Of a DNA stretch of 64,000 nucleotides, positions 48,994 to 59,910 are shown piece by piece. A program made the position numbers and the translations under genes. The DNA is from Schizochytrium sp. TIO01 (taxonomy: Eukaryota > Protista > Bigyra: Labyrinthulomycetes), in contig SMSO01000036.1 in assembly GCA_004764695.1 (NCBI GenBank), forward strand, positions 992,001 through 1,056,000, given 5' to 3'. The notes under the pieces are model-generated. The model was given only the letters and a program-made list of their open reading frames with translations. It made no database searches and had not been told where the DNA came from. The first letter of the stretch is position 1. The number at the start of each line of letters is the position of its first letter.

Positions 48994-50419
48994 TTCAAGA
49001 AGGCACTAACTTTTGTTCTAAAACCCCCTCACGTTGGAAACCGCCACTTCGACAGCAGCTCTCCACAGCACAATGATGCCAGCGAGCCTCCTGCCAGTGC
49101 TTCTTCGCAGTAGCTTTGCGGTCTCCAGCTTCACAAGCGAAGTCTAGCTCTGCGAGCAGAAACAGCTTTGTATGCGCAAATCAAGTCAATTCTCAATTAC
49201 GCGATCACTCTGTACACTCTATCTACTACCTAATTCCTAAGGGCAGCCACACCCTACACAATCTCGTACTAAGCTACTATAAACAGTATATGGCTTGCAT
49301 TGCAAAGAGTGACTACTATGCACCGCTAAGTGTTCGTTAGAACCAGAGCGCTAGACTTCTGGATAGCTCCAGTTAAGACTCTGCTGCTGTTCTTGAACTT
49401 AAAGGTGAGCAGGAATGAAGATATTATTGGACAACGTATTACGGATTTGAGACAGCTTGGCCTGAGAGAGCCTATGAATCATTACTTGGACTTGCGGCGA
49501 GATGAAATCCAATTTTATCAAGATGAGTTGTTGCCAAAGTACCTTCTGTACCAGCAAAAGCCCTTTTTCATGTACGTTTCCATGTAACCAGACGTGGCTG
49601 GTCACGAAGAAGGATTGTGCCGTACAAAATGTGAATAAGGTTACATGCAAGATATTCGAACTTTGAGTGAGGTACTACTATGGACTTGTATATTAAGTTC
49701 TTTTATGTGAGTAAAAATGGAATGGATGCTGAGCGAATTCACAATTCGTGATCATATTCAAGCGATTGCAACTTGATTGTTTGTAGAGATGCTCCCAACA
49801 TTTAGTGCAGTGTTGATACTTTAAGCGCTTAAAAACGAATTCACATCGCACGAAGTAGAATCCTGGTGATCGCCCACAGCTGGATCATTTTTTTCATTGA
49901 ACCACTCCTTGGAGATATGATTCTTTGATACTTTCAATCTTTCCTCAATTTACTCCAATTCATCAAATTAAGATCTTAAATGATGCTTAAATCAGAATCT
50001 TTATCAGAGCCTCCGTCCAGGATTTCTGTGAGCAGGCCTCGATCGCAAAAAAGGCCTGTCTAAAGTATTTGCTAATAAATGAATAAATTTTGACTCCAAT
50101 TTAGAACAACCCTCTTCAGTACTTCTAACTCACATTCAGACGAAAAGATACTATGTCTTTCCAAAGTATCCACAGCCACGCCTGATCACCGCATCGAGGC
50201 AACAGTCTCAAAAGTCTCAGCAGCAGGAATAGCAGCGGCAAAGACGACTACAATGATTCAAGGGTAACAATACAAAAACAAGAACAATAATAAAGAAAAA
50301 AAAAAAAGAAAAAAAAAGAAAAAAAGATCGATTTTGAGCTCAAAGTGAATTAAATCCAAAATTGGCATCGTCGCTGATAGCCTTGCGGAGCTATCAGAAG
50401 TTGCGGGCTGCCACTTGGG

Positions 50420-53400
50420 ATGAAGCGGTCTCGAGCTGCAGCCGCGCTGGCGGCGCTTTGTCCGCCGCGGAAGCGCGGGGAGCGTGGCGCTGCTGCAGCG
50501 GCCTTAGCGGCGGCGTCAAGCGCCGCAGATGACCTCAACACCGCCGGTCGCGAGGCGCTCTCGCTGCAAGAAGTTGTGACGTCCTCAGTTTTGCATGTGC
50601 TAGGCCAGTTCGAAGAGCCTTTCGAAGGTACCTTTGAGGAGCTCGCAGAGATGGTGGAGGATGCTGCCAAACAGTTGGCAGCGGACCCCGAGTTTGAGCA
50701 AGCGTGGGTACGGAGCTGCTTGAACGTCTTCCTGGCTTTGGGTCTGCTTGAGGAGACGAAAATCAAGCCTGTTGTGGAGAAAAAACCAGGTGAGATTTCC
50801 CAGAAAACTTCGCAGGGACTACCTCAGAACAAGTCCGAGACAAAGGATTCTCCAAATGGCAAGGTTCCCGAGAACGGTGTAAAAAAAGATAGTTTTGTAA
50901 AGGACGACTCTGAGAACGGCGCCAAGGGCGATGATTCCGAGAAGGATAGCGCTGGGAAGATTAAGCCCCCAAAAGACGTCTCTGAGACAATTTCATCGTC
51001 TGAAAAGGATGAACCTACGGAAGACAAAGTCCGGAAGGATGACCCTAATGCCTCTTACGATTGTGCTGTAACGGGTTCTGAAGAAACATCCCAAAAGGAT
51101 CTTGAAAAGACGACAAAGATTGACCCTCCAAATTCACAGGATTCTAAGAACTCTGACATGGAAGAGCTCAAAGAATCGCCAAAAACGAAAACAAAGAAAA
51201 ACCTAGAATTGAAATCGGGGCTATTTGCTACAAAGGCAAAATGTTCCGAGGGACCTAAAGAACTAGAGGACGGCCTGGACATGCGCAAACTGATCTGCGA
51301 GGATGTTGTGGATACTAAGGACTCTGTGAAGGGAGCGGGTTCAATTCGCCATCTAGCTTCAACACTGCCACTGGGTCTGTCAGTGCGAAGAGATCAAGAT
51401 CATGTGCTGACGAACATTGACATGATGATTGCCCGGGTCCTGCACTTGGAAGTAGAAAAGCAAAAACTTGAGCGCGAAGAAGAATCTGCTTTGAAAGAAG
51501 TTTTCCAAAACTCACTGGAGCATTTTGAGGCCCCGCTCAGCCCTGATAGCAAAATCTCAGGCCCAAAAGATAAAGCCGAAGGAACAAAGCTGTCTACTCC
51601 GAATCGAACTCTGAAAGATGCCGCGGAAGCAGCGGCTACCGCTGCAGCAATTACAGATGTAGGCGATGGCTTAGAACCTGGTGGAAACTTCAGTCGCTAT
51701 GATGAGTATCTTCATGCTGTACCAGCGGGACGTGCTATAGAGCCACCTGTAAGGTCTGCGAAAGACCACAGCCGCCACAGCGAGCCTGCTCTGCCACCTT
51801 TGCCTGACAATAATCGTACGCGCTTTTTTTTACCGGGTAGGGCTAGTCTTATGCCAATCGGTCTTGAAAAGGAGCTAGAGACCAATGCGAGTGTCTCATC
51901 CCGAAACGTTAGCGCATCAAACTCTGGATTAGGATTTACTGCAGCCTCTTCCTCAATTCAGTATAGTAGCGAGATGGACATTCTTGACGTGGAGGCAGCC
52001 GCACGACTGAAGAAGGCTCGCGAACATATTAACCGTGTACGTGAAGTAGTCTTCCAGAGTGGTCCGAGGGTTTTTGATCAATTGCTAGAAGCAAGGCAAC
52101 GCTTTCTTGCTACGCAACTAAGAGTGAACAATGCCAATCCTAACAATGAGAGAAGCCGCAGCGAAAGTTTGGACGAAAGTCTGGACTCTGTTCGACGCCT
52201 TGGGCCAAGGGATGGCCCCAAGGTACGCGCGCCGAAATTTTTGCCCTCTATACAGTCATTTGTGGGACCTTCTATGGGCGTTCAACTTCACGAGGAATTG
52301 GACACAAGACCATTTGACTTTGCTGATATTGTTGTGCAATTTCGTGTGAGCGGAACCGACGATCCCAAATCATCCTCGTTCTCACCTTTGGCTAGAGTTA
52401 AGAGTGTGGACTCCATGACAAAGACCCCTCCACTAGAAGCAGAGGCCGGCTTGGCATCACCCGGTGCTAATACTCAGCAAAGCACTCAAACAGCCAAACA
52501 GGGCAGTGAAGGGGATGTCCGCAACTTTGAAGACGCCGCGAAGAAGACTGCAGAAGGCACAGATGTAGATTTGCCTTCCTGGCGTGAGTATGACTGGCGG
52601 AAGGATCCGGAAACACCTGGTCCCTTTGCCCCTCTGGATGATTGGCACGACGAAGCGTACACTAAACGTCACATGATCGCCCGTGAGGAAGCAAGTGCTG
52701 AATGGGAGGCTCACTTAGAGGAAAAGAAACGATTGAAAGAAGAAGAACGAGTTCGACGTCAATCCCTCTCCCATAAGGCGAGATCTCCGCGAGATCGACG
52801 CAAGTCAACCCCATCAGGATCGCCACGGAGCGCTAACAATAACAGTGAGGATGCAGTCCGACGACTTAATGCTTTATCTCGACGATCTCGTATTGCAACT
52901 GAAAAGGCGGCTGCAAAGGAAGCGGCTGCAGCTATTGAACGCACCAGCGAGGAACCTTCTGTGCCGATTACAAACGAGTGTTTACCCGTAGATATTCCAA
53001 CTGTGGACTCCCTTGAGGTAGTGGCAAGGACAATAGAAGAGGGAGATGACGATGCTATGGAGGTGGATGAGAAAATAAATCTCAACACCTCACATGATCG
53101 GTCTGAGAAGGCTAGTGAGAAGGACAAAATTAATGCTGAAAGCACAAGCAAAACCGACGAAGACAAGGTCATTCACAAAGATGAAAGTACAAGTCGAGGC
53201 TCGTCTGAGGATGTGGTTGGTCTAAAACCAGAACCAAAGAAAGACAAGGTTGAAAACCAAGAATCAGGTGATGGTGACGAAGTTCAAAGCGAAGATTCTT
53301 CAAATAATCCCGATACGAAGACAATTGAGGAACCTTCTGATACGATCAACTTGACTAAGGGAAATGAAACAAAACCCGAGTCAGATGTGGAAGAAGTCGC

Positions 53401-54402
53401 AGAGATTGTTGGAAATGGTGACGATGAGGAGCATAGAGGAGCTGAGCAAAATGATGATGGCGACAGTGATATTTGTACCAAAAAGGGCGACTTAGATGCT
53501 GAAGATGAAAAGGGTACCTCGTCAATGAACTCTGAAGTCGAAGAAGACGAAGAAGACAAGGAGGGTAGAAAGGAGGATATAGATGCTGAAAGCACAGAAG
53601 AGAAAATTCTGCAACCTAAGAAGATCATTGTCGAAGATACAGACGAGGAACCAAAACCAAAACACGAAGACGAAGACAAAGAGGAAGAGAAAGAAGGCGA
53701 AGAAGAAGACGCTGAAGAGGACGGGGAAGAAGACGAAGAAGAGAAGAAGAAGCAGCAGAAGAAGAAGAAGAAGAAGAAGAAGAAGAAGAAGAAGATGCTG
53801 AAGAAGACAGGGAAGAGGGAGAAAAAGAAAACAAGGATTCCAGTGATGAGGATGATGAGGATGAGAAAGAGGATGATAAGGGTCAAGCAGAAGATAGCGA
53901 ATCTGATGCCAAGGAAAGCGAAAATACGAAAACAATTCAAGAACCAGATGGGGATTTAACTCGCCCTCGCACTCGGACCAGGCGGAGATCTAGTAAGATT
54001 GCAGAAAGCACCCCTCGGAAGAGTCAGCGAAATGCTGCCTCAATTACTTCTGAAAACCCCACACCAATGATTACACGGTCAAGGCGTAGCAATGTAGATG
54101 TGAACCCTGTAAGTCAAATAACAGGACCTCGTACTCGGAAACGGCGCGCAAGTGCTCTCATCGAAGCTGCTGAAAATTCTACAAAACCAGCAACGGCTGA
54201 AAGTCCCACGAAGAGTATCTCTCCCAAGCCTCAAACAAGGCAGTTGCGAAGATCATCCAGGGGTGCTGCTGTAGCGGAAGCAATTACAGGCACACCAGCA
54301 AGGTCAACCCGATCCCGTAGCGCTGCAAAAAGAACAGCTAGTGCTGAAGAAGAGGCATCGACACCAGCTCCGCGCAGGTCAAAGCGTCAGCGTAAACGCT
54401 AA
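50420..54402 (+). CDS. Large nuclear scaffold with a PEHE domain (MSL1/KANSL1-like), an N-terminal E2F/DP-like winged helix, acidic tracts and a basic tail; frame break at ~53742; ~1327 aa if corrected
   Basis: PEHE-like 'LPSWREYD...DDWHDEAYTKRHMIAREEASAEW' at 52571-52706. Restoring one base in the GAA repeat turns spurious poly-Lys into Glu-rich sequence that runs in frame into ORF 54067-54402 (RRSKRQRKR NLS-like end). Confidence 0.7.
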
Positions 54403-54722
54403 GGGAAAATGAGGAATATGCGACATCGTCAGGCTCATTTGTGTACTCATGTACTACCGGTCTTGGAAAACTCACTGGTGCCGTAGACCCACAGCTCGGA
54501 TATAATAAACGATGTGACATGCAATGGTGCACAGTACAGCAGCGCAGATATACAAGATATAACAATAACATTTTCTTTTCCCTCTTGAGTCCTCTCACGT
54601 TTGCAGTTACATATATGATTTTCTTATTTTTTTCAAAGTATTAAAATTGAGACTTAGTACCAGGTGAACCATGAAGTGTATGCATTATAAAGATGAAGTA
54701 GCAGCACGTGGTAGAAATAAGT

Positions 54723-56261
54723 TTAAGGCCGGCGACGATGGAAGCGGAAGGGGAATCCACCTTGGTGGTGATTGTTGTTATTACCCTGGTTTTCGAATAC
54801 TTCCTCACCCCGGTCATACTTTCCACGCAGTTCATCGCTCGAGAGAACCTCATATGCTTCTGCAATAAGCTCAAACTTAACTTGAAGTGTTTTGCGCTCC
54901 TCCTCGGACTTTTCACTGTGGCGATCAGGATGAGTTTCTTTAGCTAGCTTTCGATATGCTTTTTTGATAGCTCCTGTTTCGGCATTACGTGGCACGCCAA
55001 GAATTTTGTAATAGTTCTTCTGCTTAGACTGTTTCAACGCAACCTCGGCACGGTGCAAGCCCTCGCGAATCTTTTGGTTTCCATGATCAATCTCAGCAGC
55101 GCGACGCCAGGCTCGCACCGCATCTTCAAAATCAGCTGATTCTTCAGCCACAGAGGTTAAAAGATCTGCAATGGTGATGTATGGCTCAATGAGCTCACGG
55201 TCAAGCCTAATAGCTGCTTCGCAAGCATCATTTGCCTCTTTGACCCTTTTAAGGCGCCCAAAGACGGTGCACAGCTTGTTATAGATCTTCTTGTTAAACT
55301 CTGTGTGTTCACTATCGACTGTGACAGCCTCTTTGAAGTATTCAGCAGCCTGCTGTAAACTTTGAGGGTTGTTTGTTTTCATTGCGGCTTCACCGTCCTT
55401 GTCTAGCTTTTCTTGTTTTTGTACTTTGCGCATCGCCTCCTTTGTACCCTCGTGCTCCGGGTCTTTCTTAAGACCCTCGCGGAAGTGCCGAAGGGCCATC
55501 TCGTGGTCTCCAACATGGTAATAGCCAAGACCGCGAAGAAGTAGAGCGTCCTGGTTATCAGGTTCAGCCTTCAGGACTTCACCAGCATCAGCGATGGCCT
55601 CGAAATACTTCTTCTGATGGAACCGTGCCTGTGCACGAAGATGCTTTACATAAGGGGCCTTTCCTGTAGTTTCCATGGCCTCCGTAAGCTTCTGCTCGGC
55701 GAGGTCGTACTTACGCATACGCATAAACCGTTCGCCTGCCTGAACTTCTCGAGCGCAGTCCTTAGCCTTGGGTAAAAGCTTCTTGGCGTCACCATGCGTA
55801 GGCTTTTCACGAAGAACATGCTCGTAGTCCTTGACAGCCTCTGGACACCTTCCAAGAGACATAAGTGTACGTGCACGAAAGGCAAAGGCGCTTAAATAAT
55901 CTGGCTTAATCTCCAGCGCTTTGTTGATATCTTCTAACGCTGCAGAGTACTTACCAGTTTTATCATACACCTTGTACCGCTTGTAGTAGTTCTTTTCATT
56001 CGCTGGCTCGATCTCGATTGCCTCAGTGTAGAAATTTGTCGCCTCGGTATATTTCTTTGCCATCATTGCGCTGTCACCATCAGATCTCAATTTATTAGCT
56101 TTCTTCTTCGCTGCAGCGGCATCTTCAGCACTGCACTCAGCAGATGTGGTTTCCGCTAAGCTCTGAAGTGGAGCGAGAACCAAAAGCACTAACACTAGCG
56201 CCAACATCACCACGGATGACCTTCTGGCTGTCAACAGCGTTGACGATGACGGAGAAAACAT
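54723..56261 (-). CDS. DNAJC3: ER co-chaperone P58IPK/DNAJC3 (signal peptide, TPR repeats, J-domain)
   Basis: Hydrophobic signal (MLALVLVLLVLAPLQSLA), multiple TPRs, and C-terminal 'LKQSKQKNYYKILGV...IKKAYRKLAKETHPD...IAEAYEVLS..ELRGKYDRGE'. Confidence 0.9.
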   Translation of the reverse strand: MFSPSSSTLLTARRSSVVMLALVLVLLVLAPLQSLAETTSAECSAEDAAAAKKKANKLRSDGDSAMMAKKYTEATNFYTEAIEIEPANEKNYYKRYKVYDKTGKYSAALEDINKALEIKPDYLSAFAFRARTLMSLGRCPEAVKDYEHVLREKPTHGDAKKLLPKAKDCAREVQAGERFMRMRKYDLAEQKLTEAMETTGKAPYVKHLRAQARFHQKKYFEAIADAGEVLKAEPDNQDALLLRGLGYYHVGDHEMALRHFREGLKKDPEHEGTKEAMRKVQKQEKLDKDGEAAMKTNNPQSLQQAAEYFKEAVTVDSEHTEFNKKIYNKLCTVFGRLKRVKEANDACEAAIRLDRELIEPYITIADLLTSVAEESADFEDAVRAWRRAAEIDHGNQKIREGLHRAEVALKQSKQKNYYKILGVPRNAETGAIKKAYRKLAKETHPDRHSEKSEEERKTLQVKFELIAEAYEVLSSDELRGKYDRGEEVFENQGNNNNHHQGGFPFRFHRRRP

Positions 56262-57259
56262 GGTATATTCCTCTAGAGTTCTATCTTTGCCCCCACAGAC
56301 TGCAGACAACTATTTTAAAATCTTAGTTGTGAAAAGAAATCTTCAACCAAACTTGCAAGATTCCTTAATAGGTGGCTTCGATCGTTTTGGCCAAAGAACC
56401 TGGTCTATATGATTCTGCACTATGTGACAAGCAAAACTGAACAGTTTTCGGGTCTCACTTGAACGTTGTCGAGCCGGTAGCCCTCCTCCAGGCGCCCTTC
56501 GACAGCAAAAGGGCCCCTGCTTCCCAAGTCGAAGCGCCTGAGCCTGTGCCCAAGCCTAGCCCACGTCCACGACTCCCGGGACTCCGCAAGCGATCGGAGT
56601 TTGCAATCGATAGATTGATTCTGCGCAACAACGCTTTCGCCTTCAATTCACATGCCATTTTATCTAACTGAGACAATCGGAGGTACTATCATTTTTGGTA
56701 TATCAATCCATAGTGTATTAAACTGTTGAGAGGAATAAAAGACACGGCGTAGATATTAGAACCAGCTAGATCACTACTAAGATACCCGTTGTATTTTAAT
56801 AAAAGCGGCGCTTTGGCCTTTTTGACAGACTGGAAGCCTTCTTTAACGGTGTGGGGTGGGCCACGGATGCTCGTGCAAGCCTTTTGAGAATGTCTTTGGA
56901 GATATAGGAAGCTTCGAATTAGATTCTCCTTCTTGGTAGCTAAACTTAAAATCATGCACCACTTCACAAGTGTTTTCACCTGGATATAATCAGGTTTCCA
57001 ATGCTAGCTAGGTACAGGGTCTTATCGTATCCCCTTCCGCTTAGGTGTGTGCAACGCACACTCTCTTGTGAGTACCCATCGCGCACCCCATGGGTTCAAG
57101 GGGTGGCAGCAGCGCTTCGTGCAGGTGGTAAAATCATAAAGCCCAGACTTCTTGGCTTGACTGCGTGAAGAGGTTGGCTCTGCGGTGAGCCAGCCCAAGG
57201 ATTTTATTCGTAGACGATAGGGTTAGACTTTGGCTGTCTCAGGCTGTGTGGACCTCACG

Positions 57260-58321
57260 ATGGACCTTGATGTGCCGTGTGGAGCTGGCACTGAAGCAGC
57301 TCTCCAGGCCTTGAGTGACTTAGGTTGGGCAGTGGCCGGTATTTCATGGACAGTAGACGCCGAAAAGGCACTTCGGGCGGCAGCTGAGTCGCGTCAAGAG
57401 AGTCTTCAAAATCAGAATCAGAGATTGAAAAACTCAAAAGCAAAATCGCAGCTTCGTAGTGACGAAAGCATGGATCTAGGCGGAGACTCTGATATGGAGG
57501 ACATGTCTGACGAAGATGGTGGACGAACGAGAGGTCCGAGTTCCAAAAGTATTTCAATGCAGCTTCCGCCTCCGGATAGATTCGAGGAGCTTGCAGGTTC
57601 GTTTCCTGCGAAAGATTACTTTGCTCGCAGACGCCAGTATGAACAAGGTGAAGCAGAAGAAGAAGAAGAAGACGATGGTGGAGACGGGGATGGCACAAGT
57701 GAAGAGAATGCAGAAAACCCACAGAAGCGGGGTGAGGATGCTGAGCCACAACTAGAGCGATACACCCGGCTTACAATTGAATTTCATGGCTTGCCTGGCC
57801 TAGACTATGTGTTGCGGCATCCATTCACAGCGCTTTTTGATGTGGTCGTTTTGCGTATTTCAACAGCACGAGCGTTTGATTCTATAATGCAGATTATCCG
57901 CAATACCCAGGATACCGCATTTGACGCAATTCAGGTTCCTCTCACACTTGATGATAAACTTCCTTTTCGCCTTGGTCCTCCGGAGATGAGAGATCTTCGT
58001 CAAGCTCAGGTCTTTGTGGAAATTAACTATCTTGAGGCGCTCCCCATTTCTGGAGCCCGTATTGAGCAGCGCCACCGTGCACTTACTAACGGCCGCGCAG
58101 CACTTGAACATGTTTCAGGTGGTGGGATTCCATCTAACTCAAACGTCATCTTCAGCAGTGGAACCATGCGTGAAGACCTGCTGCAGCTTCGCGCGCCCGA
58201 ACAAGTTATTGCAATCGCCACAACACTTGGTCTCAGCAAACGCCAGGCTCAGTGCGCGATTACAACAAATGGTGAGGCACTTCTTGAGCGAGCACGCCAG
58301 CGTCGCGCAAGGATACGCTAA
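57260..58321 (+). CDS. RPP30: RNase P/MRP subunit p30
   Basis: MDLDVP start, LSDLGW, YTRLTI, FDVVVL, KLPFRL, VFVEINY and 'VIFSSG....LRAP...IATTLGLS....CAITTN' are the RNase_P_p30 pattern. Contains a long acidic insertion. Confidence 0.88.
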   Translation: MDLDVPCGAGTEAALQALSDLGWAVAGISWTVDAEKALRAAAESRQESLQNQNQRLKNSKAKSQLRSDESMDLGGDSDMEDMSDEDGGRTRGPSSKSISMQLPPPDRFEELAGSFPAKDYFARRRQYEQGEAEEEEEDDGGDGDGTSEENAENPQKRGEDAEPQLERYTRLTIEFHGLPGLDYVLRHPFTALFDVVVLRISTARAFDSIMQIIRNTQDTAFDAIQVPLTLDDKLPFRLGPPEMRDLRQAQVFVEINYLEALPISGARIEQRHRALTNGRAALEHVSGGGIPSNSNVIFSSGTMREDLLQLRAPEQVIAIATTLGLSKRQAQCAITTNGEALLERARQRRARIR

Positions 58322-58781
58322 AGCCTAGGTCCTATTCCATCAGAACCAATACATACATGTGAAGAAGTACAATATTTGTGATCATTTTTTAAGTTAAGAT
58401 CATTGAAGAAGACTCCCAAAAGTCTATCAAGAATAAATAATACTAAGACCAAGCTAAACAAATGGCATTATCTATCTCATTACAATTTACATAGAAACGA
58501 AGCTATACGTTTATTTTGTTGCTGTTTTCCCATTTCCGTCGCAGTTTCTGTCTCCAGTACTTTCAGAAGAAAGCAAGTGATACATGGTTACATTTCAATA
58601 AAAGCCTTGTTTAAGATAACATTTCATGCGCGAACCGTGCGACAATAAATTTCATTCTAAAGAAAACAGAAAGCAGGTTCCTGGCGACTAGTTGTCTAGA
58701 TATTGCAAAAGTAATATCTCCTCGCAGAGCACGAGTACTTATGAGACACAAAACAACTCGAACTAACGCTGCAATTCTTCC

Positions 58782-59417
58782 TCATGATGCTGTGCTTCCT
58801 AGCAAGGCACTCAGGATCTCATCTTCCTTTGTCCGCAACAAGTTTGCGTAAAAGTCATTTTCACTCAATTTGTTGTTGACATTGTAATCTTTGGAATCTA
58901 CATTTTGATCATAGAAAGATGCACCCTGAGCCTGCATTTGTTCCATCTCCTGAATAACCTTTCGCTTAAAAGCAGCGTCTTCGCCGCGAATTGCCTGGGC
59001 CGTTTGAGCCCATGTGCCCTGGTCTGATCCCGCTTGCGCTAAGTTCTGGCTCGCTGCGAAGGCCTTTTCGCGGCGTTCGAGGTCCAACTCCATAGCCCTA
59101 GCCTCCTTTTTAAGCTCATTCTGGCGCCGAATCTCACGGGCTCGAGCCAGGAACTTGGCATCATAGGCGGCTCGGAGCTCATCATTTTGAAGAACCTCGT
59201 TTGCCAAAGAGACCGCGGCAAACCGTTCCTCGACAGCGGTGCGATTGGCTTCAGAGAGACCGGCTGGCTGCTTGTCAGGATGGAGCGCCAGAGCCAACCT
59301 GCGGAATGCACGGCTGATTTCTCGACGAGAAGGTAGCTCGTCAGCTAGGGTGGCATCTGAGAATCCCAATACAGCGTAGTGATCCACCCACGTGCCGTCA
59401 GCAGAGCCCCCCGCCAT
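58782..59417 (-). CDS. J-domain protein, DNAJC17/Cwc23-like
   Basis: DHYAVLG...ISRAFRRLALALHPDK...ANEVLQNDELRAAYD, followed by 'ARAMELDLERREKA', which resembles the DNAJC17 'KxDLExRE' helix. The true C-terminus may be in the +1 frame (stop at 58763). Confidence 0.85.
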   Translation of the reverse strand: MAGGSADGTWVDHYAVLGFSDATLADELPSRREISRAFRRLALALHPDKQPAGLSEANRTAVEERFAAVSLANEVLQNDELRAAYDAKFLARAREIRRQNELKKEARAMELDLERREKAFAASQNLAQAGSDQGTWAQTAQAIRGEDAAFKRKVIQEMEQMQAQGASFYDQNVDSKDYNVNNKLSENDFYANLLRTKEDEILSALLGSTAS

Positions 59418-59910
59418 CCTGAAGACTTCGAAATGAGGGCGAGAAAACCAGCGAATAAGCTTTATGCTTTGACTTGGGTTTTCCAGGTACCTATTAGTTT
59501 TTCTTCTGGTTTTACTTTTTCTTTTACTTTTTGTTTTCTTCCAAATCATGAATGAACTCTTTTTACAATGAAAGCCAATAATCCGAACCGTGGATGCTTG
59601 GGCTTCTCTTCGCTCGCTAGCTCTCCCGTTGTATGATTTAGGTCAGCGAATGCCCACTCCAGTTTAAGCTCTTGTGTGGTTGTGTTTGAAAATTCGGCGT
59701 GCAAATTAGTTCTGAAGTTTAGGCAATTTTCCGGAGCACTTAGAAATTACAGGCTGGAGCGGCGAGCGTATGCTTGAAAAGATCAACCCAGTATTTTGTG
59801 TATTAAACTGGATTGCATCAAAGGAAAACAAGGATTCGTATTTAAAGAAGAGGATTAAAAGGGATAAATTGTGATATTAATACTAGATACTGATTTACAT
59901 GCATAAGGGT

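Noticed and set aside
57045-57125. Short hairpins and a GGTTCAA B-box-like word between DNAJC3 and RPP30
   Set aside because: No tRNA cloverleaf, A-box or poly-T terminator; the stems are short enough to be chance. An Infernal/Rfam scan would settle it.
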